A stretch of 59,876 bases of DNA, filler included. It is 4 parts of 4 records of this genome, joined end to end, with 100 filler letters (N's around TTAATTAATTAA, not from the genome) between each part and the next. Parts side by side here need not be neighbours in the genome. Positions count along the whole stretch, not along the records: positions 1 to 17,322 come from SRR31156797_692; 3 more parts are not named here. One strand, 5' to 3'. The notes beneath the pieces were generated by a model. That model was not told the origin of the DNA. It did no database searches and saw nothing but the letters and a program-made list of their open reading frames with translations. Of this stretch, positions 1-10,021 are shown piece by piece. Each line of letters begins with the position of its first letter. Within the stretch, counting starts at the first letter, position 1. Both the position numbers and the translations under genes were made by a program.

Positions 1-394
1 AATGCCTATTGTTGCTTCAATGGGTGGAAACGCAGGAACTCAAACTTTAGCGGTAATGGTAAGACAGTTAGCATTAGGTGAAATTGACTTTGATAATAGT
101 AGAACAGCAATAAAAAAAGAGATTTTTATCTCCTTATCAAATGGTTTGATTTTTGCGATTATTGTAGGTTTGATAGCTTGGTTTTGGTTTAATACTGCAT
201 TATTAGGTTTGGTTATTGCCATGTCAATGGTAATAAATCTATTTTCAGCAGGTTTTTTTGGAGCATCGATTCCTCTTATTCTTAAAAAAATGGATATAGA
301 TCCTGCTATTGGAAGTACTGTTTTACTTACAACAGTAACAGATATTGTAGGATTCTTTAGCTTCCTAATGCTTGCTAAAGTAATCCTTTTATAA
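1..394 (+). CDS. mgtE: Magnesium transporter MgtE, C-terminal membrane domain (5' truncated by window edge)
   Basis: PIVASMGGNAGTQT and DPAIGSTVLLTTVTDIVGF motifs typical of the MgtE integral membrane domain. Confidence 0.93.
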   Translation, partial: MPIVASMGGNAGTQTLAVMVRQLALGEIDFDNSRTAIKKEIFISLSNGLIFAIIVGLIAWFWFNTALLGLVIAMSMVINLFSAGFFGASIPLILKKMDIDPAIGSTVLLTTVTDIVGFFSFLMLAKVILL

Positions 395-397
395 AAA

Positions 398-889
398 CTA
401 AAATCTATTTTTTAACTTATTAAACAGCTCAACTTGAGAAGATAGAAGTTCTCTATTTTCATCTCTAGCTACAAATACTTTAAAAATATGCTCACCTTTT
501 GAATCATAGAGAACAACGCTGTGAGACAATGCGCCCCTGTGTTTTTTTGATACAAAAATGATTTTATCTATATCATCAACTTTTAAATGTCCTGATATAG
601 AAGAATCCTTAGAATCAAAATTATAATATCCATGTCCATAAGTTCCCGTTGGCATATTATCTTTTATCTCTATTACAAAAGATGGTGTAATTTTTATCAT
701 TAAAATCTTACCCCATTTTGAAATATCTTCAATAATATCATCAAAATGTTTCCCATCAATTGCTTTCGCAAACTTTTCATCTATATTTTGAAGAACCTCA
801 TACTCACTAATATTTAACTCTTTTGATATCTCAAGTGTTGAAATATCCGGACTTTCTTTTAAAATTTTTTCTATTTTATTTTTAATCAT
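398..889 (-). CDS. hutX: Haem utilisation cytosolic carrier HutX/ChuX
   Basis: 163 aa; WG..., G.YGHGYYN, SGHLK, IFKVFVARDENRELL motifs of the ChuX/HutX family; haem genes nearby. Confidence 0.88.
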   Translation of the reverse strand: MIKNKIEKILKESPDISTLEISKELNISEYEVLQNIDEKFAKAIDGKHFDDIIEDISKWGKILMIKITPSFVIEIKDNMPTGTYGHGYYNFDSKDSSISGHLKVDDIDKIIFVSKKHRGALSHSVVLYDSKGEHIFKVFVARDENRELLSSQVELFNKLKNRF

Positions 890-1268
890 TTTTTTCCTTT
901 GTTATATTTTGTGAAATTCTTAGTAATACACCACTTGGGTCTGTTAGTATAAACTCATACATATTCCAAGGTTGTTTTTTTATTTCACTAATTGTAGTTT
1001 TAAATTTTTGCTCCACATTCTTTTCTCTTATAAATGTATACCAACTATTTATATCTGTAACTAAAATATGCAACATAAAATTTTCACAATGCTCTTTTAC
1101 ATAAAAATCTTGTAATAAAAAAGAACACTCTCCCCTATAAAAATATGCAACACCATCAAAATCAGATGCTTGAGTAAAACCAATAGTTTTGTAAAACTCT
1201 TTGGATAACTCATAATCTAATGCTGGAATAAAAGCCTTTATCTCACTTATATGTAATTTATCATTCAT
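882..1268 (-). CDS. VOC/glyoxalase-bleomycin resistance family protein
   Basis: AFIPALDYELSKEFY...GF and QPWNMYEFILTDPSGVLLRI VOC-type motifs. Confidence 0.85.
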   Translation of the reverse strand: MNDKLHISEIKAFIPALDYELSKEFYKTIGFTQASDFDGVAYFYRGECSFLLQDFYVKEHCENFMLHILVTDINSWYTFIREKNVEQKFKTTISEIKKQPWNMYEFILTDPSGVLLRISQNITKEKND

Positions 1269-1276
1269 GATTTTTC

Positions 1277-1660
1277 TTATATTACCCAGACATGATCACA
1301 TACTATTTTATCATCTTCATATTTGAGTACCAACTCAGCTATATATTCACCTTTTACTTTTGTAAAAGTTTGCTTCCAAACTACAGCCACACTCTCTTCT
1401 CTTCTAAACAATTTAACAAAATTTCTAGAGAGAAAGTAACCTTTTTCTTCTTGGTATTTTTTTACAACTTCATCAAAATATTCTTTTGTAAAAAACTCCA
1501 TAATTCTTTTTGAAAAATCTTTTGTATGTGCTTCATAATCTTTATTTGTAGAAGCATCCATAAGATTATCCATAATTTTATTTGCTAACTTAATCAAATT
1601 TTCATCTGAAAAGTTATCAAAATTTACATCATTTATTTCATTTTTTGGTGATACATTCAT
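1277..1660 (-). CDS. Hypothetical protein (possibly NTF2/DUF3887-like fold)
   Basis: 127-aa ORF tightly packed in a minus-strand operon; helix-then-beta-meander pattern; fold call is inference. Confidence 0.7.
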   Translation of the reverse strand: MNVSPKNEINDVNFDNFSDENLIKLANKIMDNLMDASTNKDYEAHTKDFSKRIMEFFTKEYFDEVVKKYQEEKGYFLSRNFVKLFRREESVAVVWKQTFTKVKGEYIAELVLKYEDDKIVCDHVWVI

Positions 1661-1671
1661 TTTATAACCCT

Positions 1672-3441
1672 TTATACCAATTGTTTTTTAATAAACTCTA
1701 AATAGTGCCCCTCTTCCTCTTCTAAGTCTGTTGGAGTTCCCCTTTGTACAATTTTACCTTCATTTAGTACATATATAATATCTGCATTTTTTACAGTACT
1801 TAATCTATGAGCAATTGTGACTACAGTTTTGTCTTTTAAAAATTCTTGCAAGTCATTGAATAGTTTAGCCTCAGTGTGAACATCTAAAGCAGAGGTCGAC
1901 TCATCAAAAATAACAATTGAAGGGTTTGCAATAATCATCCTAGCAATTGACAATCTTTGTCTTTGTCCTCCACTTAATCTAATTCCATTTTTTCCTACTA
2001 TAGTATCTAATTTTTTATCCATATTTAAAACATTAGTTTTCAATTGGGCAATTTCTAAAGCTTTGTATATAAGCTCATCACTTACAGATTCATCTCCCAT
2101 AGTAATATTAAACTTAAGAGTATTGTTAAATAATATTGGCATCTGCAATACAAGAAAGAGTTCATCTCTTAAACTCTTTTTATCTAAATCATCAATGCTT
2201 ATATTATTATAAGTTATTTCACCAGCATTTTTAGTATAAAATCCTGAAATTACTTGTGCAAGTGTAGTTTTGCCACTTCCACTTGCTCCAATGAGAGCAA
2301 CTTTTTGTCCAGACTTTATACTTAAGGAGATATTTTTCAAGAACTCTTTATTCTTATTATAAGAGAAAAAAAGATTTTTTACTTCTATATCCACACCTTT
2401 GTTTTTATTTTCAAGTAGCTTTGAACCATTAGGCTCTTTTGTAAGTTTTAAAACCCTGTTTATTCTTTTTATTGCAGCCATTGAAGTTGTGTAAGAGTAT
2501 TGAAAAGATAGCATCTCTTGAATTGGACTCATAACAAACCAAATATATCCAAACATTGCAAGCATCATACCTATAGATAAATCACTATAAGCAACCATAA
2601 CTAAACCAGCTGCTCTTAAAAGTTCAAACACCATTAAAAATAGTGTAAAAGAGAACTTCTCATATGCAACACTTTTGTATCCAAAATTAATCGAAGTAAT
2701 CTGGATATTTTTTGCTTTAATAATTGCCCTGTTAAAAAATGAGTCTTCTTTATTACTAGCTTTTATCTGCCCAAAAAGTTCTAAAGATTCAGAAATATTA
2801 TCTTGAAACTTTTCTATTGCCTCATTCTCCTCTTTTTTTAAGCCCCCTACTCTCCTTGCAATTTTTCTTGATAAAAACATTATTAATGGCTGAATAATAA
2901 TAATCATTAACCCCAATACTGGATGAATTGTAATGATTACAATTGCAACTGCAATTAGAGTTAAGATAGAAGTTACAAGTTTACTAACACCTGTCATAAT
3001 AAAATTATCTAAAGTATTAACATCAGTAATTAAATTTGCTGCTACAGCACCACTTCCAAGACTTTCATATTCATTCATTGACACATCTTTTAGATGAGAA
3101 ATCAATTTTTCTCTTATTTTAAAAGTAACATGTTTTGAGATACTTGTAAATATTTTTGTAATTAAAATAGAAAATAGGTAATAAAAAAATCTTAAACAAA
3201 TAACCATCAAAGCAACAATTGTTATATAATAAAAAGTATTTCCACTACCAAAAAACTTATCAATAGTTGAAACAAAAAAAGCAGGTTTATGCAAAAGAAC
3301 TTCATCCACAAGTGCTGGAAGCATCAAAGGTATTGGCACACTTATTAATATTGTTACAACTGTAATAAACTGTCCCCAAACAAGAGGTCTCTTTTTTTGT
3401 AAAAGTAATTTCCATATATATTTTAAATCGATTTTTTCCAT
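1672..3441 (-). CDS. ABC exporter, fused permease + ATPase
   Basis: N-terminal TM helices; Walker A GASGSGKTT, signature LSGGQRQR, Walker B IVIFDE, H-loop IAHRLST. Confidence 0.93.
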   Translation of the reverse strand: MEKIDLKYIWKLLLQKKRPLVWGQFITVVTILISVPIPLMLPALVDEVLLHKPAFFVSTIDKFFGSGNTFYYITIVALMVICLRFFYYLFSILITKIFTSISKHVTFKIREKLISHLKDVSMNEYESLGSGAVAANLITDVNTLDNFIMTGVSKLVTSILTLIAVAIVIITIHPVLGLMIIIIQPLIMFLSRKIARRVGGLKKEENEAIEKFQDNISESLELFGQIKASNKEDSFFNRAIIKAKNIQITSINFGYKSVAYEKFSFTLFLMVFELLRAAGLVMVAYSDLSIGMMLAMFGYIWFVMSPIQEMLSFQYSYTTSMAAIKRINRVLKLTKEPNGSKLLENKNKGVDIEVKNLFFSYNKNKEFLKNISLSIKSGQKVALIGASGSGKTTLAQVISGFYTKNAGEITYNNISIDDLDKKSLRDELFLVLQMPILFNNTLKFNITMGDESVSDELIYKALEIAQLKTNVLNMDKKLDTIVGKNGIRLSGGQRQRLSIARMIIANPSIVIFDESTSALDVHTEAKLFNDLQEFLKDKTVVTIAHRLSTVKNADIIYVLNEGKIVQRGTPTDLEEEEGHYLEFIKKQLV

Positions 3442-3641
3442 ACCATCTCTTATAATTTTTTAAAAATTTTAATATAAATCTTTTATATTAAAAATAAAGA
3501 AATTATTATCATTTTTTTGAACTCTTAATTTTAAGCTGTTTAAAAGCTAATTTTCTTGTCAAACACTTTATAAAACTATATTTATTACGAAATTTTTAAC
3601 CATTAAAAAAACATAAAGGTAAATTCTACTAGAATCAATTT

Positions 3642-3656
3642 TAATAATTATTATCA
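3642..3656. promoter_or_regulatory. Fur box upstream of the AraC regulator
   Basis: TAATAATTATTATCA, one mismatch to the 7-1-7 TGATAATnATTATCA consensus, 10 nt before the ATG. Confidence 0.7.
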
Positions 3657-3666
3657 AAGAGTTACT

Positions 3667-4611
3667 ATGACTAAACTAAAAAGATCTGAAGTTTTTAATA
3701 CAGGGAAAATTATAGAAAAAAAAGAGGAAAGTAATTCCTTCATAAAACAAGTATGTACAATAAACAACCAGTTTATTGACCTGAAAATTGTCAATGCAAT
3801 GGTTGAAGAAAGTATCTATTTAAATATTGTTGACAACAGTATAAAACAGTCCCATATTCAAAAACTTAAATCAAAAAGTAAACATCTTCAAATAAGAATA
3901 ATCCTACAAGGGAAGTTAGAAAAGCTAAATCATATAACGAATGAAAAAAGAGTATATGAAAAAAATGAGATAAGCATTGAGTATGATAAAAATATAGAAG
4001 AGTCTTTATTAAATAAACATGGAGAGCACTTAAAATATATCTGTATAACGCTACATGACAAATACCTAAATGAAAATAAATTTTTCTCAGAGATATTCAA
4101 AAACACCTACTATAAAAAAATCTATGAACCTAACTTGGAAAATAAGTTTAGCGAACTATTTAATAGAGAATATAAAAGTGGCCTTGATAAAATATATCTA
4201 AAAAATAAAGCAATGGAAATTATACTTTATGTTCTTGAAGAAGCACAAAAAAGAGAGAAACTTAAGTTAGTAGGATTAAATGAAGAGGATATAAAAAGAG
4301 TTAAAAAAGTAGAAAATATAATACAAGATTCTTTTCATGAAAAGATGACGATAGAAGTATTGTCAAAAAGAGTTGCACTTAATCAAACCAAACTAAAAAA
4401 AGGATTTAAAGAACTTTTTGGAAAAACAATTCATGAATATTTAAAAGATATACGACTTGAAAAAGCTGTCGAATATTTAAGAGAGGATTGTTACTCAATA
4501 AAAGAGATTTCCTTAATGGTTGGGTACACAAATCAAGGAAGTTTTTCATATGCATTTTCACAAAAATTTAATTGTTCTCCTAAAGATATTCAAAAAAATT
4601 CCATTTTATGA
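3667..4611 (+). CDS. AraC-family transcriptional regulator (PchR/YbtA-like)
   Basis: C-terminal double HTH LNQTKLKKGFKELFGKTIHEYL...ISLMVGYTNQGSFSYAFSQKFNCSP. Confidence 0.9.
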   Translation: MTKLKRSEVFNTGKIIEKKEESNSFIKQVCTINNQFIDLKIVNAMVEESIYLNIVDNSIKQSHIQKLKSKSKHLQIRIILQGKLEKLNHITNEKRVYEKNEISIEYDKNIEESLLNKHGEHLKYICITLHDKYLNENKFFSEIFKNTYYKKIYEPNLENKFSELFNREYKSGLDKIYLKNKAMEIILYVLEEAQKREKLKLVGLNEEDIKRVKKVENIIQDSFHEKMTIEVLSKRVALNQTKLKKGFKELFGKTIHEYLKDIRLEKAVEYLREDCYSIKEISLMVGYTNQGSFSYAFSQKFNCSPKDIQKNSIL

Positions 4612-4670
4612 AAAAAAAATTCTATTTTATATTAATTAATATTGATATTCACTTTTAATTAAATTATAAT
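4599..4670 (+). promoter_or_regulatory. hutZ-hmuTUV promoter: tandem operator repeats, Fur-like box, -35 TTGATA, -10 TATAAT
   Basis: TTCCATTTTAT 4599, TTCTATTTTAT 4620, AATATTGATATTCA 4638, TTGATA 4642, TATAAT 4665 (17-nt spacer); same layout at 7951-8022. Confidence 0.7.
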
Positions 4671-4701
4671 TTTTTGAAATTTGAAAATTGAAGGATATAA
4701 A

Positions 4702-5262
4702 ATGCAAAATGCAAAAGCAATGGGAATTAGTAAAGAGAAAGCTCAAAAAGAGCTTGATATTTTTTTAAATAATATTAAAAGTGTAATCTTATCAACTGTT
4801 GATAAAGAGGGAGAACCTTTTGCAAGTTATTCACCATTTGTAGAAGATGAAGAAGGAAATTTCTATGTATTTTTAAGTACAGCAGTTAAACATTCACATA
4901 ATTTATATAATACAGGTAAAGCTCATATACTTTTCATTGAAGATGAAAGTAATACTGCTCATATTTATGGAAGAAGAAGACTATATTTTAATGCAAATGC
5001 TGAAAAATTTGAACCAGAAGATGAAAGATTTGAAAAAATTGCAACACTATTTGAAAAAAAACTTGGAGATCAAGGTGCGCTTGTAAGAAATATGGTTGAT
5101 TCAAGATTTTACAAACTAACTCCATATAATGGAAACCTTGTACTTGGATTTGGGGCTGCATACAAATTAGATAAATCTAATAAAAAAATTGAAAGACAAA
5201 GAACTATGAAAGGTAAAGCTCATACTTTAACACATGAAGAAGGTTTAAAAGAAAATGCATAA
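4702..5262 (+). CDS. hutZ: Haem utilisation protein HutZ/HugZ (pyridoxamine 5'-phosphate oxidase-like split barrel)
   Basis: LSTVDKEGEPFASYSPF, LFIEDE, RRRL, LVLGFGAAY motifs; AAGGA Shine-Dalgarno supports ATG 4702. Confidence 0.85.
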   Translation: MQNAKAMGISKEKAQKELDIFLNNIKSVILSTVDKEGEPFASYSPFVEDEEGNFYVFLSTAVKHSHNLYNTGKAHILFIEDESNTAHIYGRRRLYFNANAEKFEPEDERFEKIATLFEKKLGDQGALVRNMVDSRFYKLTPYNGNLVLGFGAAYKLDKSNKKIERQRTMKGKAHTLTHEEGLKENA

Positions 5263-6082
5263 AATAACTAAGTTATCACTAGCTTTACTATTAAGTATAA
5301 GTACCTCTTACGCTTCAAAAATTGTAAGTGTTGGAGGAAGTATGACTGAAACTGTGGTGGCCCTTGGGCATGAAAATGATTTAATTGGTGTTGACTTATC
5401 AAGTAGTTACCCTAAAGAAATAACATCAAAACTTCCTAATGTAGGATATTGGTTAAGTCTTCCGCAAGAAGGAATACTATCTCTAAAGCCTGAAGTTGTA
5501 ATTGTAAGTAGCCTGGCAAAACCTAAAAAAGTTGTTGAAGAACTACCAAAATATGGTATAAAAACCTATATTATTGAGGACAAGCCATCTATTGAATCTG
5601 CAAAAAATAAGATAAAACAGATTGGTGAGATTCTAAATGAGAATGAAAAAGCAGAAAAGATTATTTCAAGAATAGATACAAATATCTCTAAAATAAATAA
5701 AGAGATAAAAGGAAAAGAAAAACCTAAAGTATTATTTGTCTTTTCTAGAGGAGAAGGTACTCTAATGGCAGCTGGTCCAAAAACAAAACCAGGAGTTATG
5801 ATAGAGTTGGCTGGTGGAAAAAATGCAGTTGAATTTGAACAATATAGTAAAATATCACCAGAATCAATTTTAAAAATGAACCCTGATGTTATTATTAAAA
5901 CTAATCATGCTGGAGATAGTGGTATTAATGAAAGTATTCTCTCTTCTACAAATGCTGGTAAAAACAAACAAATTTATTCTATGGACATGCTTTTGATTTC
6001 TGGATTTACAGTAAGAACAGATAAGGCATTACAAGACCTGTCTTGTATGCTAAATAAACAACAACTATCATTCTGCAAATAA
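5255..6082 (+). CDS. hmuT: Haem ABC transporter periplasmic binding protein (HmuT/HutB)
   Basis: Signal peptide; IVSVGGSMTETVVALG, GVDLSSSYP, VGYW.L..EGILSLKP with the conserved haem-ligand Tyr. Confidence 0.88.
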   Translation: MHKITKLSLALLLSISTSYASKIVSVGGSMTETVVALGHENDLIGVDLSSSYPKEITSKLPNVGYWLSLPQEGILSLKPEVVIVSSLAKPKKVVEELPKYGIKTYIIEDKPSIESAKNKIKQIGEILNENEKAEKIISRIDTNISKINKEIKGKEKPKVLFVFSRGEGTLMAAGPKTKPGVMIELAGGKNAVEFEQYSKISPESILKMNPDVIIKTNHAGDSGINESILSSTNAGKNKQIYSMDMLLISGFTVRTDKALQDLSCMLNKQQLSFCK

Positions 6083-6091
6083 GTTTTATAG

Positions 6092-7120
6092 ATGACTGGA
6101 CTAAAGAAATCAGCTATTAAAATATGCCTTATATTACTTTTAGTGTCTATTATTTTAAATATAACTATTGGAGCTTTTAGTATCTCTTTTTCTGAGATAC
6201 TAAATACTCTATTGGAGCCTGAAAACAATAAAATATATTATCAAGTTCTTATGGATATTAGAATTCCAAGGGTTGCTTTAGGAGTACTTGTAGGTATTGC
6301 ATTTGGTATCTCTGGAGCTATGATGCAAACACTATTTAAAAACCCTTTAGCAGATCCCTCTATTATAGGAGTATCTGCAGGAGCATCTGCTGGAGTAGTA
6401 CTATTTATGCTACTTGGAAGTTTCTTACCAACACTTTTATACAGTGGTTTTTTATCATATCTATCTCTTCCTTTAAGTGCATTTCTAGGTAGTGTGATAA
6501 CTATTTTTGCTATTTATAAACTAGCAACTATTTATAATAAAGTTGCTGTTACCGTTATGCTTTTAGCAGGAATTGCTATAAATGCAATGCTTGGAGCTTT
6601 AGTTGGTTTATTTACATATGTAAGTACAGAGGAAGAGCTTAAAAGTTTCACTTTTTGGACTATGGGAAGTTTAGCAAATGGAGATATGAAAATTATTTTA
6701 ACAATGATTCCAATAGTTGTAGCCACATATATTTTTGCAATTAGAAAAAAAGTAGAACTAAACCTAATGCTTTTAGGTGAAGATGAGGCAAAAAACTCAG
6801 GAGTAAATGCAGAAAGATTAAAAAAACAACTTATTCTATTTGTGTCTTTAGCAATTGGAACAAGTGTGGCATTTTGTGGAATTATTGGCTTTGTTGGACT
6901 TGTTGTTCCGCATATTGCAAGACTTATTGTAGGTTCAAATCATAAATTTTATCTACCACTTAGTGCTATATTAGGAGCATTAATTCTTTTATGGGCTGAT
7001 TCTTTAGCAAGAGTTATTATCACTCCAGCTGAACTGCCAATAGGAATAATCACTTCACTTTTAGGAGCTCCTTTTTTCTTGTGGTTACTAATTAAAAATA
7101 GACAAAGTGCTATAAGCTAA
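6092..7120 (+). CDS. hmuU: Haem ABC transporter permease (FecCD family, HmuU/HutC)
   Basis: IRIPRVALG, QTLFKNPLADPSIIGVSAGA, GIIGFVGLVVPHIAR, ELPIGIITSLLGAPFF. Confidence 0.92.
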   Translation: MTGLKKSAIKICLILLLVSIILNITIGAFSISFSEILNTLLEPENNKIYYQVLMDIRIPRVALGVLVGIAFGISGAMMQTLFKNPLADPSIIGVSAGASAGVVLFMLLGSFLPTLLYSGFLSYLSLPLSAFLGSVITIFAIYKLATIYNKVAVTVMLLAGIAINAMLGALVGLFTYVSTEEELKSFTFWTMGSLANGDMKIILTMIPIVVATYIFAIRKKVELNLMLLGEDEAKNSGVNAERLKKQLILFVSLAIGTSVAFCGIIGFVGLVVPHIARLIVGSNHKFYLPLSAILGALILLWADSLARVIITPAELPIGIITSLLGAPFFLWLLIKNRQSAIS

Positions 7121-7130
7121 GGGGTATAAA

Positions 7131-7904
7131 GTGTATAAAATAGAGAATTTAAATTTTTCAATTCAAAAAAGAGATATTTTAAAAGATATAAATCTTGTTA
7201 TAAAGCCCAATAGCTTTTTATCGATAGTAGGTCCCAATGGATGTGGAAAATCAACCCTAATAAAAAGTATAAATAGAAACCTTGATATACAAAATGGAAA
7301 AGTTTACTTAAATGATATCTCCATAGAGAAATATAGTGATAAAGAACTTGCACTAAAAAGGTCAGTGCTAAATCAATCTTTCTTTTTCCCCTATAGCTTC
7401 AAAGCTATTGAAATTGTAGAGATGGGATTATACGCTTACACTCTAAACTCAAAAGAGAAAAAAGAGATTATAAACTATATAGTAGACAAGTTAAATCTTG
7501 AACCTCTAAAAGACAAAGATTATCAGGGTCTTTCAGGTGGAGAGAGACAAAAAATCCAATTTGCTAGAGTTGTAGTACAACTATATGCTAGTAAAGAAAA
7601 AGAGAAATTTCTTTTTTTGGATGAACCCACTTTAAACTTAGATATCTACTATCAATATAAAATTTTAGATTTAACAAAAGAGTTACAAAAAGATTTGAAA
7701 ATTGGAGTATGTGCAATACTTCATGATATAAATCAAGCATATCTTTATTCAGATGAAATTGCAATGATGAAAAGTGGTGAAATAAAATATTTTGGAGATA
7801 CAAAAAGTATTTTAACCCATGATAATATATTTGATATTTTTGCAGTTGAAAGTGAGTTTGTTTATTCAAAAAAACTAGAAAAAGAGATACTAATTACTAT
7901 CTAA
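7131..7904 (+). CDS. hmuV: Haem ABC transporter ATPase (HmuV/HutD)
   Basis: GPNGCGKST, LSGGERQK, LFLDEPT, ILHDINQA; GTG start. Confidence 0.9.
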   Translation: MYKIENLNFSIQKRDILKDINLVIKPNSFLSIVGPNGCGKSTLIKSINRNLDIQNGKVYLNDISIEKYSDKELALKRSVLNQSFFFPYSFKAIEIVEMGLYAYTLNSKEKKEIINYIVDKLNLEPLKDKDYQGLSGGERQKIQFARVVVQLYASKEKEKFLFLDEPTLNLDIYYQYKILDLTKELQKDLKIGVCAILHDINQAYLYSDEIAMMKSGEIKYFGDTKSILTHDNIFDIFAVESEFVYSKKLEKEILITI

Positions 7905-7910
7905 AAATAT

Positions 7911-7935
7911 AAACCCTCTATTTTGAGGGTTTTTT
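7911..7935 (+). terminator. Intrinsic terminator after hmuV
   Basis: AAACCCTC-tatttt-GAGGGTTT followed by a T-run. Confidence 0.75.
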
Positions 7936-7950
7936 AATCTACTTTGAAAA

Positions 7951-8022
7951 TTCTATTTTATAAAAAATTAGTTCCATTTTATAAAAACCAATATTGATAT
8001 TCATTATTGATTATAATATAAT
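7951..8022 (+). promoter_or_regulatory. TonB-receptor promoter: tandem operator repeats, Fur-like box, -35/-10
   Basis: TTCTATTTTAT 7951, TTCCATTTTAT 7972, AATATTGATATTCATTATT 7990, TTGATA 7994, TATAAT 8017. Confidence 0.72.
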
Positions 8023-8098
8023 CCACATTATTTTATAAAGCTAGTAGCTGTTTAGCTATGTTTGTAATTATAGTTTTTATTAGGAAAAGGAAAAATAA

Positions 8099-9964
8099 AT
8101 GTACAAAAAAAGTCTATTTGCAATCTCTGCACTTGCGATGATGAACTCAAATTTATTGGCAGTTGATGAATTAGGGGATGTAATTGTCACTGCAAAGTCA
8201 GAAAAATCTATAAAAGATTTATCAGGAGTTGTTACTGTTATTACTGCTGAAGATATTGAAAAAATAAATGCAACTAATATCAAAGATATATTAACTAAAA
8301 CCCCAGGTATTATAAAAACTGCAGCCGCAGCAATGATGGGTGGTAGAGAGAGTATCTCTATTAGAGGTCTTGATAGTACCTATTCTCTTATTTTAGTTGA
8401 TGGTAAAAAGATTAGTCCAACAGATGATTATATAGGGCATAGTGACTTCCAATACTCATGGGTTCCTATTGATATGATAGAAAGAATCGAAGTAATGAAA
8501 GGACCAAAAAGTTCAATATATGGTTCTCAAGCTATTGGTGGTGTTATAAATATTATCACCAAAAAAAATACAAAAAAACTTTTTGGTGAAGTAAACTTAC
8601 AAAGTGGATTTTCATCTGCAGAAAATGGTGGTGATGAAACTAAAATAAGTGCGAATATTGGAGGTAATATTACTGACAAGCTTAGCATCTTTTTAGGGGT
8701 AAATAAGAATAAAAAAGAGGCTACAGGTGGCGTTGGAACAACTGCATATGGAATACCGAGTAATGAAGCAACTTTTATTGAAGGCTTAGAAACTAAAGAT
8801 TTATTAACAAGATTAAAATATAACTTTGATGATACACAATCAGTTTATGCCTCATATATTAAAGGTGAAGAAGAAAGAAAAGATTATGATGGAACAACAA
8901 CATACGATTTAGATAGAGATATTTATAGTTTGGGATATGAAAAATCTTTTGATAAAATATCATTTAGTATAGATTATTCTAGAGCTGAAATTGAATCTGA
9001 TTACACATCATATATGCATAAATTAACTAGTGATTCTCTAAAAAGTGAAGCAAAAATTTCAATGATTGAAAACAACTACATTGTAGTGGGTGCCGAAACT
9101 TCGAAAGACTCATATGATAGACTTCTTCATACTGGGGGGACTCAATACTCATTTGATGCAAGAGCAAATGCTTATTATCTACAAGATGAAATAGAAGTAG
9201 GAAATTTTATTTTTTCATTTGGTGGAAGATTTGATGATAATCAAAAATATGGAAGTGAGTTCTCTCCAAATGTAGGTCTAGTTTATAAAATTGATGATAT
9301 GCAAAGATTAAAAGCTAGCTATGGAGAAGGCTTTAAAGCTCCATCTGTGACAAAAGGCTCTGATGGTTTTGGTTCAGGTAATCATTATGCTCCATATGGA
9401 AATGATGACTTAAAAGCTGAAACTTCAAAAAGTTATGAACTTGCCTATGAATATTATGGTAACAATACAACTTTCAAGTCAGCAATTTTTAAAACTGATG
9501 TAAAAGATATGATTAACACAGCTGGATCAGCACCAAATGTTAGATATATAAATGTTGATGAAGCAGGAACTAAAGGTTTTGAATTAGGTGTTGACTATGA
9601 TTTCAATAGTAACCATACTTTAAATGTAAACTATACTTATATTAAAACTGAAAATAAACAAACAGGAAAAGATTTAACATATAAACCTGAACATACTTTC
9701 AATGTAGGACTTAGTTCAGAGTTTGGTTGGGGAATATCAACTTATATAAGTGCAAATTATGTAGGAGAGCAATATAGTGATGCTGATAATACAGATAAAG
9801 CAGATGGATATACTATTTACAATGCTCAAATTGTTAAAGATATAACTAGTGATTTATCTGTTAGATTTGGTGTAGATAATATTACAGATGAAGAGTTTGA
9901 TAATAATGATCCATACTACCTACAAAGAAGAGTTGCTTATGTAGGACTACATTATAAATTTTAA
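8099..9964 (+). CDS. TonB-dependent outer-membrane receptor, probably for haem
   Basis: TonB box DVIVTA, plug motifs SIRGL and IERIEVMKGPKSSIYGSQAIGGVINIITK, FKAP...H...NDDL (FRAP/NPNL-like loop), C-terminal YKF. Confidence 0.9.
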   Translation: MYKKSLFAISALAMMNSNLLAVDELGDVIVTAKSEKSIKDLSGVVTVITAEDIEKINATNIKDILTKTPGIIKTAAAAMMGGRESISIRGLDSTYSLILVDGKKISPTDDYIGHSDFQYSWVPIDMIERIEVMKGPKSSIYGSQAIGGVINIITKKNTKKLFGEVNLQSGFSSAENGGDETKISANIGGNITDKLSIFLGVNKNKKEATGGVGTTAYGIPSNEATFIEGLETKDLLTRLKYNFDDTQSVYASYIKGEEERKDYDGTTTYDLDRDIYSLGYEKSFDKISFSIDYSRAEIESDYTSYMHKLTSDSLKSEAKISMIENNYIVVGAETSKDSYDRLLHTGGTQYSFDARANAYYLQDEIEVGNFIFSFGGRFDDNQKYGSEFSPNVGLVYKIDDMQRLKASYGEGFKAPSVTKGSDGFGSGNHYAPYGNDDLKAETSKSYELAYEYYGNNTTFKSAIFKTDVKDMINTAGSAPNVRYINVDEAGTKGFELGVDYDFNSNHTLNVNYTYIKTENKQTGKDLTYKPEHTFNVGLSSEFGWGISTYISANYVGEQYSDADNTDKADGYTIYNAQIVKDITSDLSVRFGVDNITDEEFDNNDPYYLQRRVAYVGLHYKF

Positions 9965-9972
9965 TTAGAAAG

Positions 9973-10001
9973 CTATTGTAAGATATTCTTACAATAGTTT
10001 T
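9973..10001 (+). terminator. Hairpin after the receptor gene
   Basis: CTATTGTAAGA-tat-TCTTACAATAG then TTTT. Confidence 0.65.
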
Positions 10002-10021
10002 ATAAAAAAGGAAAATATAAA

